Assembly (NCBI RefSeq): GCF_963922255.1
Contig: NZ_CAWUIC010000005.1
Span: 74,877 to 106,876 of the forward strand
Length of the DNA: 32,000 nt
Origin: an uncultured Flavobacterium sp.
GTDB taxonomy: Bacteria > Bacteroidota > Bacteroidia > Flavobacteriales > Flavobacteriaceae
Direction: 5' to 3'
The position numbers were made by a program, and so were the translations under genes. Within the stretch, counting starts at the first letter, position 1; the number at the start of each line of letters is the position of its first letter. Shown here in pieces: positions 24,782 through 32,000 of the stretch. The notes under the pieces are model-generated. The model made no database searches and had not been told where the DNA came from. It saw only the letters and a program-made list of their open reading frames with translations.

Positions 24782-25702
24782 CTAATAAGCGGAAATCAAT
24801 TTTTTTCCGTGTAACAAAACTGAAGGCTCAATTAAAACAATACAAAAAACTCCAGCTACAATGATGAATTTTAATAAAAAATGAAGTTTTAAATATTCTG
24901 GTTTTGTTTTGGCTTTTCCTAGTTGAATCAGAAAAAATAATAAAACCAGTAAGCTTATATAGAAATAAATGTCCATGTAACCAATATTGAATACATCTAC
25001 CAAATAATAAACTGGTATTACCGTCAATATTGTCAATACAGAAATAATATATTTAGCGGTTTTCTCACCAAATAAAACAGGAATTGTTTTATAATTAGAA
25101 GCCAGATCTCCTTCAATATTTTCTAAATCTTTGATTAATTCTCTAATTAATATTAATAAATATAAAAACATAGCATGTGCAAAAATGACATGATAAAAGT
25201 TTTTATAATACAATAAAATACCAAAAAAAGGCAAAACTGCTAAAACTGCTGCCGTAAAATTTCCTATGATTGGATATTTTTTTAGTTTATGCGAATAGAA
25301 CCAAATTAAGAAAATATAAGCAGAAAAAAATAAAGAAGCTCTCCAAGAAACTATTCCAGCAATTAGAACTACTATGAAATTTATGGCAAAATATACTTTA
25401 AGTTTTGTTTGTTGACTTACCAATCTATCAATCATTGCCTTTCGTGGTCTATTGATTAGATCTTTTTTAGCATCATAAAAATTATTGATGATATAACCTG
25501 AAGCTATTGTCAATGATGAAGCTAGAACTAGAATAAAAAGTTGATAATCTAAAATTACTTCTAACGCTCTTATTTCTGGAGAAAGAATGAAGATTGCAGC
25601 CAAATATTGTGCTAGAACAATTACAAAAATATTGTATCCTCTAACAACAGAAAAAAAGCTTAAAATTTTAGTAAGAAATAATTTTGACTTTCTAGATAAC
25701 AT
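24782..25702 (-). CDS. UbiA-superfamily polyprenyltransferase (archaeal DGGGP-synthase-like); substrate unknown
   Basis: 306 aa with 8-9 TM helices. First Asp-rich motif NNFYDAKKDLINRP (NxxxDxxxD), second KDLENIEGDLASNYKT. The start is 1 nt after the mevalonate kinase stop. Confidence 0.8.
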   Translation of the reverse strand: MLSRKSKLFLTKILSFFSVVRGYNIFVIVLAQYLAAIFILSPEIRALEVILDYQLFILVLASSLTIASGYIINNFYDAKKDLINRPRKAMIDRLVSQQTKLKVYFAINFIVVLIAGIVSWRASLFFSAYIFLIWFYSHKLKKYPIIGNFTAAVLAVLPFFGILLYYKNFYHVIFAHAMFLYLLILIRELIKDLENIEGDLASNYKTIPVLFGEKTAKYIISVLTILTVIPVYYLVDVFNIGYMDIYFYISLLVLLFFLIQLGKAKTKPEYLKLHFLLKFIIVAGVFCIVLIEPSVLLHGKKLISAY

Positions 25703-25703
25703 C

Positions 25704-26642
25704 TTAAAACTGATAAACTACTTCTAATTTATAGTCTTTCAGTGATGCTTTTGCTTTCTCTAAATCTTGGGTAAATCCTAAAATATAGCCACCACCACCA
25801 GAACCACAAAGCTTCAAGTAATAATCGTTTGTTTCAATTCCGTTTTGCCAAAGCGTGTGAAATTGTTCGGGAATCATAGGTTTAAAATTATTTAAAACTA
25901 CTTTAGATAATTTTTTAGTATTGGCAAACAAAGATTTGATATCACCATGTAAAAAGTTTTCTACACAAGCGTCTGTATGTTTGATAAATTGAGATTTCAA
26001 CATTTTTCGGAAACCTTGATCTTTTAAGTTTTCCATGAAAATATTTACCATTGGAGCAGTTTCTCCAATAATTCCAGAATCTAATAAGAACACAGCTCCT
26101 TTCCCATCTAAACTTTGTAATGGAATTCCGGTTGCTTCAATATTGTCTTTTGAATTAATAAGAATTGGCAAACTCAAATAACTATTTAAAGGATCTAAAC
26201 CTGAACTTTTTCCATGGAAAAATGATTCCATCTGCGCGAAAATAGCTTTTAATTGTAATAACTTATCTCTTGTAAGGTTTTCTAAAACTGTGATTTTATC
26301 AGAAACATATTTATCATAAATAGCTGCAACAAGTGCACCACTACTTCCTACTCCATAACCTTGTGGAATACTTGAATCAAAATACATTCCATTTGCTATA
26401 TCACTTTTTAAAGTTTCTATATCAAACTGAACTAATGTTGGTTGCTCAACTTGTAATTGTGCTAAATAGTCTGAAAAAAGCTCTAAACTTTTGTTAGATT
26501 TTATAGCTTCTTCAGAAGGATTTTCATCTTTCTTTAAAGCTCCATTATAAAAATTATAAGGAATTGAAAGCCCTTTTGAGTCTTCAATAATTCCATATTC
26601 TCCGAAGAGTAATATTTTTGAGTAAAATAATGGTCCTTTCAT
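25704..26642 (-). CDS. mvk: Mevalonate kinase (GHMP family)
   Basis: 312 aa from the ATG at 26642 (MKGPLFYSKILLFGEYGII). The ORF-track start at 26741 would overlap MVD by 65 nt. GHMP motif PQGYGVGSSGALVAAI, C-terminal CGSGGGGY. Confidence 0.8.
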   Translation of the reverse strand: MKGPLFYSKILLFGEYGIIEDSKGLSIPYNFYNGALKKDENPSEEAIKSNKSLELFSDYLAQLQVEQPTLVQFDIETLKSDIANGMYFDSSIPQGYGVGSSGALVAAIYDKYVSDKITVLENLTRDKLLQLKAIFAQMESFFHGKSSGLDPLNSYLSLPILINSKDNIEATGIPLQSLDGKGAVFLLDSGIIGETAPMVNIFMENLKDQGFRKMLKSQFIKHTDACVENFLHGDIKSLFANTKKLSKVVLNNFKPMIPEQFHTLWQNGIETNDYYLKLCGSGGGGYILGFTQDLEKAKASLKDYKLEVVYQF

Positions 26643-26676
26643 AGTTTTTTTGATTGGGTTATGTAAAGTTACGAAA

Positions 26677-27753
26677 TTATTTTGATTCAGCACCTTCTCC
26701 AATTTCGTCACAAATATACTGACCATTTTGACAAAAGTCAACTAATTCATCTTGAATAAATTGTAAAACTTTTACGCTAACGTTTTCGGGATATAATACA
26801 TGTACATTAGCTCCAGCATCTAACGTAAAACAAACTGGAATATTATTTTCGTTTCTAAACTTCCAAATTCTATTGATTATTTCTAATGTATTTGGTTTCA
26901 TTAAAATAAAATAGGGCATTGAAGTCATCATCATTGCATGAAGTGTTAAAGCTTCACTTTCCACAATTTTAATGAATTCTTCTATATTCCCTTCTGATAA
27001 AATTTTAGTGATTTTGGCCAAATTATCATGAGCTTGTTCAAAACGTTTCTCGGCATAAGGATGACCAAACATCAAATCGTGCCCAATAGTACTTGAAACT
27101 TGCTTTTCTCCTTTATCTACTAATAAAATTGTGTCTTGGTAATTTTTGAATTTTGAATGAACTTCATTAAATTCTACTCCAAATAAATCTGAACTTTCTT
27201 TAATTGTGTCATTATTTCCCCAAACTACAACTTGTCCTTTTATGCTTCTACAAGCACTTCCACTTCCTAAACGAGCTAAAAATGAAGCTTTTTTATGAAA
27301 TAAATCTTCTGTTAAATTAGGATTGATTTCTTTTTCCAAACACATTACATTCATTGCCAAAGCTGCCATTCCAGATGCAGAAGAAGCTATTCCAGAACTA
27401 TGTGGAAATGTATTCTCTGTATCAATAACAATATGATATTCTTTCAAATAAGGGCAATATTTTTCAATTCGTTGAAAAAACTTTAAGATTTTTGGCTTAA
27501 AATCTTCTTTTGGTTTTCCTTCAAATAATAAATCAAATGAGAAATCATTATTTGACTCTTTTTTTACAAAATTTACTTTAGTAATAGTTTTGCAATTGTT
27601 TAATGTAAAACTTATGGATGGATTAGCTGGAATTTGATTTTCCTTTTTTCCCCAATATTTTACTAAAGCAATGTTACTTGGAGCACTACACTCAAAAGTT
27701 GCCGTTTCAATACTTGAATAATTTGATGCAATAAAATCCTGTTCGGAAATCAT
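26677..27753 (-). CDS. mvaD: Diphosphomevalonate decarboxylase family protein (MVD)
   Basis: 358 aa from the ATG at 27753. The ORF-track TTG at 27771 lies inside the promoter box. APSNIALVKYWGK, PHSSGIASSASGMAALA, FTLDAGANVH. Confidence 0.9.
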   Translation of the reverse strand: MISEQDFIASNYSSIETATFECSAPSNIALVKYWGKKENQIPANPSISFTLNNCKTITKVNFVKKESNNDFSFDLLFEGKPKEDFKPKILKFFQRIEKYCPYLKEYHIVIDTENTFPHSSGIASSASGMAALAMNVMCLEKEINPNLTEDLFHKKASFLARLGSGSACRSIKGQVVVWGNNDTIKESSDLFGVEFNEVHSKFKNYQDTILLVDKGEKQVSSTIGHDLMFGHPYAEKRFEQAHDNLAKITKILSEGNIEEFIKIVESEALTLHAMMMTSMPYFILMKPNTLEIINRIWKFRNENNIPVCFTLDAGANVHVLYPENVSVKVLQFIQDELVDFCQNGQYICDEIGEGAESK

Positions 27754-27768
27754 AATGTAAAATTTTAA

Positions 27769-27776
27769 CAAAGATA
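27769..27776 (-). promoter_or_regulatory. -7 box TAtcTTTG for the MVD-MK-prenyltransferase operon
   Basis: Plus-strand caaagata, 15 nt upstream of the ATG at 27753. Confidence 0.55.
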
Positions 27777-27809
27777 CTTTTTTTGTCTGTTTATTAAATT
27801 GATATTTCG

Positions 27810-27817
27810 TTAATTTG
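27810..27817 (+). promoter_or_regulatory. Near-consensus -7 box TTaaTTTG for tspO
   Basis: One mismatch to TAnnTTTG, 17 nt upstream of the ATG at 27835. Divergent from the MVD promoter. Confidence 0.35.
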
Positions 27818-27834
27818 TATAAAACATTTGAAAA

Positions 27835-28311
27835 ATGAATAAGTACTTGAAAATAATAATTTGTGTGGCAATTTGCTTAACTGTTGGATATTTATCATCA
27901 ATCGTAACTCAATCAAGTATTAAAACTTGGTATCCTACTATTGAGAAGCCTTCTTTCAATCCACCTAATTGGGTTTTTGCACCAGTTTGGACATTACTTT
28001 TTATTTTAATGGGTATTGCAGCTGGATTAGTTTGGGATAAAATTACTTCAGACAATGAATTGGTTAAAAAAGGGTTGTTCTTTTTTACAATTCAATTAGC
28101 CCTAAATGCTTTATGGTCTTATTTGTTTTTTGGATTAAATAATATTTTGTTGGCAAGTATTGAAATTGTACTATTGTTATTAATAATTTATGAAACATAT
28201 CTGATTTTCAAGAAAATAAACAAGTACGCTTCCTATATGCTAATTCCATACCTTATGTGGGTTAGTTTTGCTACTGTTTTGACTATTTCAATTTACTTTT
28301 TAAATAAATAA
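27835..28311 (+). CDS. tspO: TspO/MBR family tryptophan-rich sensory protein
   Basis: 158 aa with five TM helices. Trp-rich signatures KPSFNPPNWVFAPVWTLLF, LNALWSYLFF, PYLMWVSFA. Confidence 0.9.
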   Translation: MNKYLKIIICVAICLTVGYLSSIVTQSSIKTWYPTIEKPSFNPPNWVFAPVWTLLFILMGIAAGLVWDKITSDNELVKKGLFFFTIQLALNALWSYLFFGLNNILLASIEIVLLLLIIYETYLIFKKINKYASYMLIPYLMWVSFATVLTISIYFLNK

Positions 28312-28428
28312 AAAGTCATACCTAAATACAAACATTTAATTTACAGATATTTAATATTGTCTTATTAGTATTTTTTCTTATTTTTATAGGATATAAAATT
28401 TCTAATTTACTTAATTAAACATCTATTT

Positions 28429-28983
28429 ATGGAAATGACTTCTTTATTAACCTTTGGAATTGTTGCAATTATTTGTGGTGTTATAGGCTATTTCATTGGC
28501 AAAGGCAACAACAAAACTTTACAAAATGATGATCATAACTACGAAAGTGATCTTGAAGCTTGTAAACAAAGAAACATTCAATTGCAAAATGATTTAGAAA
28601 CTTTGCGATCTCAAGAAAAAAAATCGACTGCTAAAAAAACCAATTTTGTTTCAGAACCCAATATTCCAAATGCTATAATTGCATTTAATGCTAATGAAGC
28701 AAAGGCTGTTTTTGGAAAAAAAATTAAAGAAGATGATTTGAAAATTGTGGAAGGAATTGGTCCAAAAATTGAAGAATTATTCAAAACTTCTGGAATTCTT
28801 ACTTGGAAAAGACTGTCAGAAACTTCAGTTGACCGATGTAATAAAATATTAGACAAAGCAGGAGAAAGATATAGAATTCATGATCCAGGAACTTGGCCTA
28901 GACAAGCTCAATTAGCATATGAAGGCAAATGGCAAGAATTAAAATCATGGCAAGAGAGACTTGATAAAGGCAAAGAAAAATAA
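28429..28983 (+). CDS. Membrane-anchored coiled-coil protein with a C-terminal helix-hairpin-helix-like domain
   Basis: 184 aa. N-terminal TM helix (LLTFGIVAIICGVIGYFIG), a coiled-coil stretch (LEACKQRNIQLQNDLETLRSQ), and C-terminal DDLKIVEGIGPKIEELFKTSGILTWKRLSE...WPRQAQLAYEGKWQELKSWQERL. Confidence 0.6.
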   Translation: MEMTSLLTFGIVAIICGVIGYFIGKGNNKTLQNDDHNYESDLEACKQRNIQLQNDLETLRSQEKKSTAKKTNFVSEPNIPNAIIAFNANEAKAVFGKKIKEDDLKIVEGIGPKIEELFKTSGILTWKRLSETSVDRCNKILDKAGERYRIHDPGTWPRQAQLAYEGKWQELKSWQERLDKGKEK

Positions 28984-28989
28984 TTTTAG

Positions 28990-29014
28990 AACCTTGTGAA
29001 TACAAGGTTTTTTT
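28990..29014. terminator. Bidirectional intrinsic terminator between convergent genes
   Basis: aaccttgt (28990-28997) and acaaggtt (29002-29009) form an 8-bp stem with a 4-nt loop, followed by a T-run. It overlaps the stop codon of the minus-strand flavoprotein gene. Confidence 0.7.
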
Positions 29015-30224
29015 ATGCAATAGATTGAGCTACAATAAAACCACCTGTCCATGCATTTTGAAAATTGAATCCACCAGTTATGGCATCAATATTTAAAATT
29101 TCTCCAGCAAAATATATATTTGGAATAACTTTACTTTCCATAGTTTTAAAATTGACTTCTTTTAAATCAATTCCACCTGCAGTTACAAATTCTTCTTTGA
29201 AGGTGCTTTTTCCATTAACTTGAAATTCTCCAGCAGTCAATTGATTGGCCAAAGCATTTAATTGTGTTTTATTACAATCAGCCCATTTTGTTTCTGCTGA
29301 AATTCCTGAGGCTAAAACTAAGCGTTCCCACAAACGGTTTGGCATTTCAAAAGGAGATTTTTTTGAAATTACTTTTTTAGCATTTTCAATTTTAATATCT
29401 TTTAATAAATCTATACATTCTTCAAAAGTGGTTTCATTTAACCAGTTTACTAGAATCGCAAAATGATAATTTTTATCGAATAATTCTCTTGCTCCCCAAG
29501 CTGAAAGTCTTAATATTCCAGGTCCAGATAATCCCCAATGTGTAATTAATAAAGGTCCTGAAGCTTCTAATTTTGATTTTTTTACTTTGACAGACGCAAA
29601 TGTTGATAATCCCATTAAATCTTTTAATCGCGCATCTTTTACATTAAATGTAAACAAAGAAGGAACAGCTGAAACAATTGAATGTCCTAAATTTTCAAGC
29701 ATTTCCCATATTTTAGGGTTGCTTCCAGTTGTCATCACAATTTTTTCTGCTAAAAATGTATCTGAATTAGTCTGTACTTTAAAATGAGTTTCCGTTTGAT
29801 AAATGGATTGTACGCTTTGGCTTGTGAGTATATCAATACCTAAATCTTTTGTGGCTTTCGTAAAACAATCGATTATAGTTTGCGAAGAATCTGATTCAGG
29901 AAACATTCTTCCGTCTTCTTCAATTTTTAAGGTAACTCCATGTTTTTCAAACCATTCGATTGTATCTCCAGAACAAAATTGATGAAATGGGCCACGCAAT
30001 TCCTTTTCACCTCTTGGATAAAATTTTACTAATTCATTGGGTACAAAACAAGCATGAGTGACATTACATCTTCCACCACCAGAAATTCTAACTTTTTCTA
30101 AAACGGTTTTTCCTCTTTCTAGAATCGCAACTTTTAAAGTAGGATTATTTTCTACCACATTTATTGCTGTAAAAAAACCTGCTGCTCCACCACCAATAAT
30201 AAGTATGTCGTAATTAGAATTCAA
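29013..30224 (-). CDS. HI0933/BaiN-like NAD(P)/FAD-dependent oxidoreductase
   Basis: Rossmann motif YDILIIGGGAAGFF, GGGRCNVTH, C-terminal FAGEILNIDAITGGFNFQNAWTGG. There is no in-frame ATG upstream of the Rossmann motif. Candidate starts are all TTG (30317, 30242, 30224). I chose 30224 (MNSNYDILIIGGG...) because it avoids overlapping the GDPD gene and sits 15 nt after a GAtaTTTG box. Confidence 0.75.
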   Translation of the reverse strand: MNSNYDILIIGGGAAGFFTAINVVENNPTLKVAILERGKTVLEKVRISGGGRCNVTHACFVPNELVKFYPRGEKELRGPFHQFCSGDTIEWFEKHGVTLKIEEDGRMFPESDSSQTIIDCFTKATKDLGIDILTSQSVQSIYQTETHFKVQTNSDTFLAEKIVMTTGSNPKIWEMLENLGHSIVSAVPSLFTFNVKDARLKDLMGLSTFASVKVKKSKLEASGPLLITHWGLSGPGILRLSAWGARELFDKNYHFAILVNWLNETTFEECIDLLKDIKIENAKKVISKKSPFEMPNRLWERLVLASGISAETKWADCNKTQLNALANQLTAGEFQVNGKSTFKEEFVTAGGIDLKEVNFKTMESKVIPNIYFAGEILNIDAITGGFNFQNAWTGGFIVAQSIA

Positions 30225-30239
30225 TGTTTTATTTTTTTG

Positions 30240-30247
30240 CAAATATC
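30240..30247 (-). promoter_or_regulatory. Imperfect -7 box GAtaTTTG for the flavoprotein gene
   Basis: Plus-strand caaatatc. One mismatch to TAnnTTTG, 15 nt upstream of the TTG at 30224. Confidence 0.3.
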
Positions 30248-30307
30248 GTGATTTTATTTTGACCGCAAATTCGCTAATTATTAAATGATTTTTCTTAATT
30301 GAAATAG

Positions 30308-31006
30308 CTATAAGCAAGAATGAATTCTATCTGGGAAATTGCAAAACATTCCATCTACACCAAAATAGATAGCTTCTTTTATGTCTGTAATTTCATTAAC
30401 CGTGTAAGTGTAAACTTCAAAACCATTGTTCTGAATTTCTTCGACTTCATTCTTCGTAAGTGTAAAAAACCATGGATTTATGGCAATTGCGTTTAATTTT
30501 TTAGCGATTGGAATTGCGTTTAAATGATTTTGCTCAGACAAAACAGCAATTGGAGTTTTAGGATTCAATTTTCTAAATGTTTTTAATTCTTCCCAATTAA
30601 AGCTTGAAATTAGAAAATGATGATTTTGAAAGTTATGTGTCTGTATGAATTCTTGAATGATTTTATGTGTTGGTTTTGCTGTATTTTGTCCTTTTAATTC
30701 AATATTTATTGGAACTCTTTTGTTTATAAATTCTATAACTTGAATTAAAGTTGGAATTTGATGATTTCCAATTAGATTGATGTTTTTCACTTCTTCTAAA
30801 GTTAAATCTTCAATATTTTCTAACGAAGATGCTAATCTTTTTAAGGTTTTATCATGAAAAACGACAACTTCACCTGTTTTAATAACATAAACATCAATTT
30901 CTATCATATCCACAAACAAGTCTAATGCTTTTTGAAACGACAAAAGAGTGTTTTCGGTTTCGTAACCCATTGCTCCTCGATGTCCTATGATTATTGATTT
31001 TTTCAT
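30308..31006 (-). CDS. Glycerophosphodiester phosphodiesterase (GDPD family)
   Basis: 232 aa from the ATG at 31006 (MKKSIIIGHRGAMGYETENTLLSFQKA...IEIDV). The 9-codon upstream extension in the ORF track is hydrophobic and not needed. Confidence 0.85.
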   Translation of the reverse strand: MKKSIIIGHRGAMGYETENTLLSFQKALDLFVDMIEIDVYVIKTGEVVVFHDKTLKRLASSLENIEDLTLEEVKNINLIGNHQIPTLIQVIEFINKRVPINIELKGQNTAKPTHKIIQEFIQTHNFQNHHFLISSFNWEELKTFRKLNPKTPIAVLSEQNHLNAIPIAKKLNAIAINPWFFTLTKNEVEEIQNNGFEVYTYTVNEITDIKEAIYFGVDGMFCNFPDRIHSCL

Positions 31007-31019
31007 TACTATAAAAATA

Positions 31020-31048
31020 CAAAAAAACACCAACCTTTCGATTGATGT
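31020..31048 (-). terminator. Probable intrinsic terminator after the GH13 gene
   Basis: On the minus strand, acatcaa/ttggtgt form a 7-bp stem (one G-U pair) with an 8-nt loop, followed by TTTTTTT. Confidence 0.5.
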
Positions 31049-31073
31049 TTTTGTAATTTAATGTTAAGAAAAC

Positions 31074-32000
31074 CTATTCAGTCAAAATATAATACTGCCA
31101 AGGTTTTAATGGATAAATTTGTTTCTCATTTAAATCGATAGTTTCTCCAGTTAAAACATCTTTATAGCTTCCATTTAAAGAAACACTTACATCCATAGGT
31201 TTTGATGATAAATTAGCCATATAAATGATTTTTTTACCATCTTTTTCTCTTTCAAAAACCAATACATTTTTATCATTAGATGTTTTTATTCTTGTGTAAG
31301 AAGCTTTGTTCTTTCCTCCATTTAAAGCAATATTTGTGTTTTTTAAAGTTCCTAGTTTAGCTCTAAAATCCCATTCTTTTCCTTTTGTTTTTGGAATTGA
31401 ATCTTTTTCAAAAAATTTTAAACTGTGATTTAAACCGTATTCATTTCCACTATAAATTAATGGCATTCCTGGTGCTACATAAGACAATGCTGTCAATGCT
31501 TCTTCTGCTTTTCCTAATCTACTTTGAACCGTTCCATTCCAAGAATTTTCATCATGATTGTCCACAAAACTCATCAAAATATCATTTGCTTCATACTTGT
31601 TGTTATCCTCTTCAATGAATTTATCCCAATCGATAGCATTTTTTTTACCTTTAGCAATATCGTTTATTAAGTGATGACTTGTCCAGTTATAACCCATATC
31701 AAATAAATTGTCTTTCATTAATTCGGGTTGCCAAGCTTCAGCTAACATGAAAATATTTTTTTCTTTTCTCAATACTGGAATAGTTTCCTTCCAAAAATCT
31801 GTTGGCACATTACTAGCCACATCGCAACGGAAACCATCAACATTTTCATTCTTAATCCAATGCAACATATCGTTTGCCATTGCTGCACGAAGGTCTTGGT
31901 TATCGTAATTCAAATCCGCAACATCTGTCCAACCCCAAGATTTTCCGGTTTCTGGATTTATTGGATCAATGATTTCGCCTTTTTCGTTTTTAGTATAGTA
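31074..32000 (-). CDS. GH13 alpha-amylase family glycoside hydrolase (N-terminus lies beyond the window edge)
   Basis: The frame stays open through position 32000 (hand translation YYTKNEKGEIIDPINPETGKSWGWTDVADLNYDN...). The ORF-track M at 31913 is an internal TTG/Leu. GH13 conserved regions VDGFRCDVA, FMLAEAW and SFVDNHDEN. Confidence 0.85.
   Translation of the reverse strand, partial: YYTKNEKGEIIDPINPETGKSWGWTDVADLNYDNQDLRAAMANDMLHWIKNENVDGFRCDVASNVPTDFWKETIPVLRKEKNIFMLAEAWQPELMKDNLFDMGYNWTSHHLINDIAKGKKNAIDWDKFIEEDNNKYEANDILMSFVDNHDENSWNGTVQSRLGKAEEALTALSYVAPGMPLIYSGNEYGLNHSLKFFEKDSIPKTKGKEWDFRAKLGTLKNTNIALNGGKNKASYTRIKTSNDKNVLVFEREKDGKKIIYMANLSSKPMDVSVSLNGSYKDVLTGETIDLNEKQIYPLKPWQYYILTE

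Noticed and set aside
28312-28428. The 117-bp tspO-downstream gap as a riboswitch or sRNA
   Set aside because: I could find no extended complementary stem, conserved-looking motif, terminator or promoter box. It is extremely AT-rich and looks like plain spacer.
28611-28856. 81-aa minus-strand ORF inside the HhH protein gene
   Set aside because: It is antisense to a frame with a clear TM, coiled-coil and HhH architecture and has no independent signals.
29245-29787. Plus-strand ORFs 29245..29466 and 29587..29787 inside the flavoprotein gene
   Set aside because: They are antisense to a conserved HI0933-family frame.
31385-31908. Plus-strand ORFs 31385..31618 and 31708..31908 inside the GH13 gene
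   Set aside because: They are antisense to GH13 conserved regions II-IV.
31911-31913. Start codon of the GH13 gene at 31913
   Set aside because: The codon is TTG, and the frame remains open to the window edge with amylase-like sequence (..GWTDVADLNYDN..). The gene is therefore truncated by the window, not started here.

Overview
AT-rich (roughly one-third G+C by eye) chromosomal segment with the hallmarks of a Flavobacteriia/Bacteroidota genome: TAnnTTTG -7 promoter boxes, no Shine-Dalgarno sequences, A-rich start contexts and signal peptides ending in ..AQ. I support 31 protein-coding genes, one tRNA-Phe(GAA), six intrinsic-terminator hairpins and about ten promoter boxes. One gene is truncated by the right edge, and one 58-codon gene is absent from the ORF track. 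Left to right: an envelope operon (secreted histidine phosphatase, lpxB, two NlpC/P60 paralogues, comEC); two secreted thioredoxin-fold proteins; a DPP-IV plus two POT peptide-transporter operon; HMG-CoA reductase plus a GYDIA-motif GHMP kinase; ppiD-like, CNNM/CorC and a coaX/beta-barrel/TPR/lptC cluster; tRNA-Phe; a membrane-anchored hypothetical protein, an NTF2-like protein and rluB; a second mevalonate block (MVD, MK, UbiA-type prenyltransferase); tspO; an HhH membrane protein; a flavoprotein; GDPD; and a partial GH13 amylase. I see no mobile elements, CRISPR arrays, compositional islands or recognisable defence or toxin modules, so this looks like core genome. The candidates for undescribed biology are modest. 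First, a split mevalonate pathway in which the only visible candidate for the missing phosphorylation step is the GYDIA kinase, and whose second block ends in an archaeal-DGGGPS-like prenyltransferase. Second, a translationally coupled coaX/barrel/TPR/lptC envelope cluster with two uncharacterised members. Third, an unannotated two-helix micro-protein with its own promoter ahead of the CNNM/CorC gene. All family assignments come from motifs read by eye and need HMM or BLAST confirmation.
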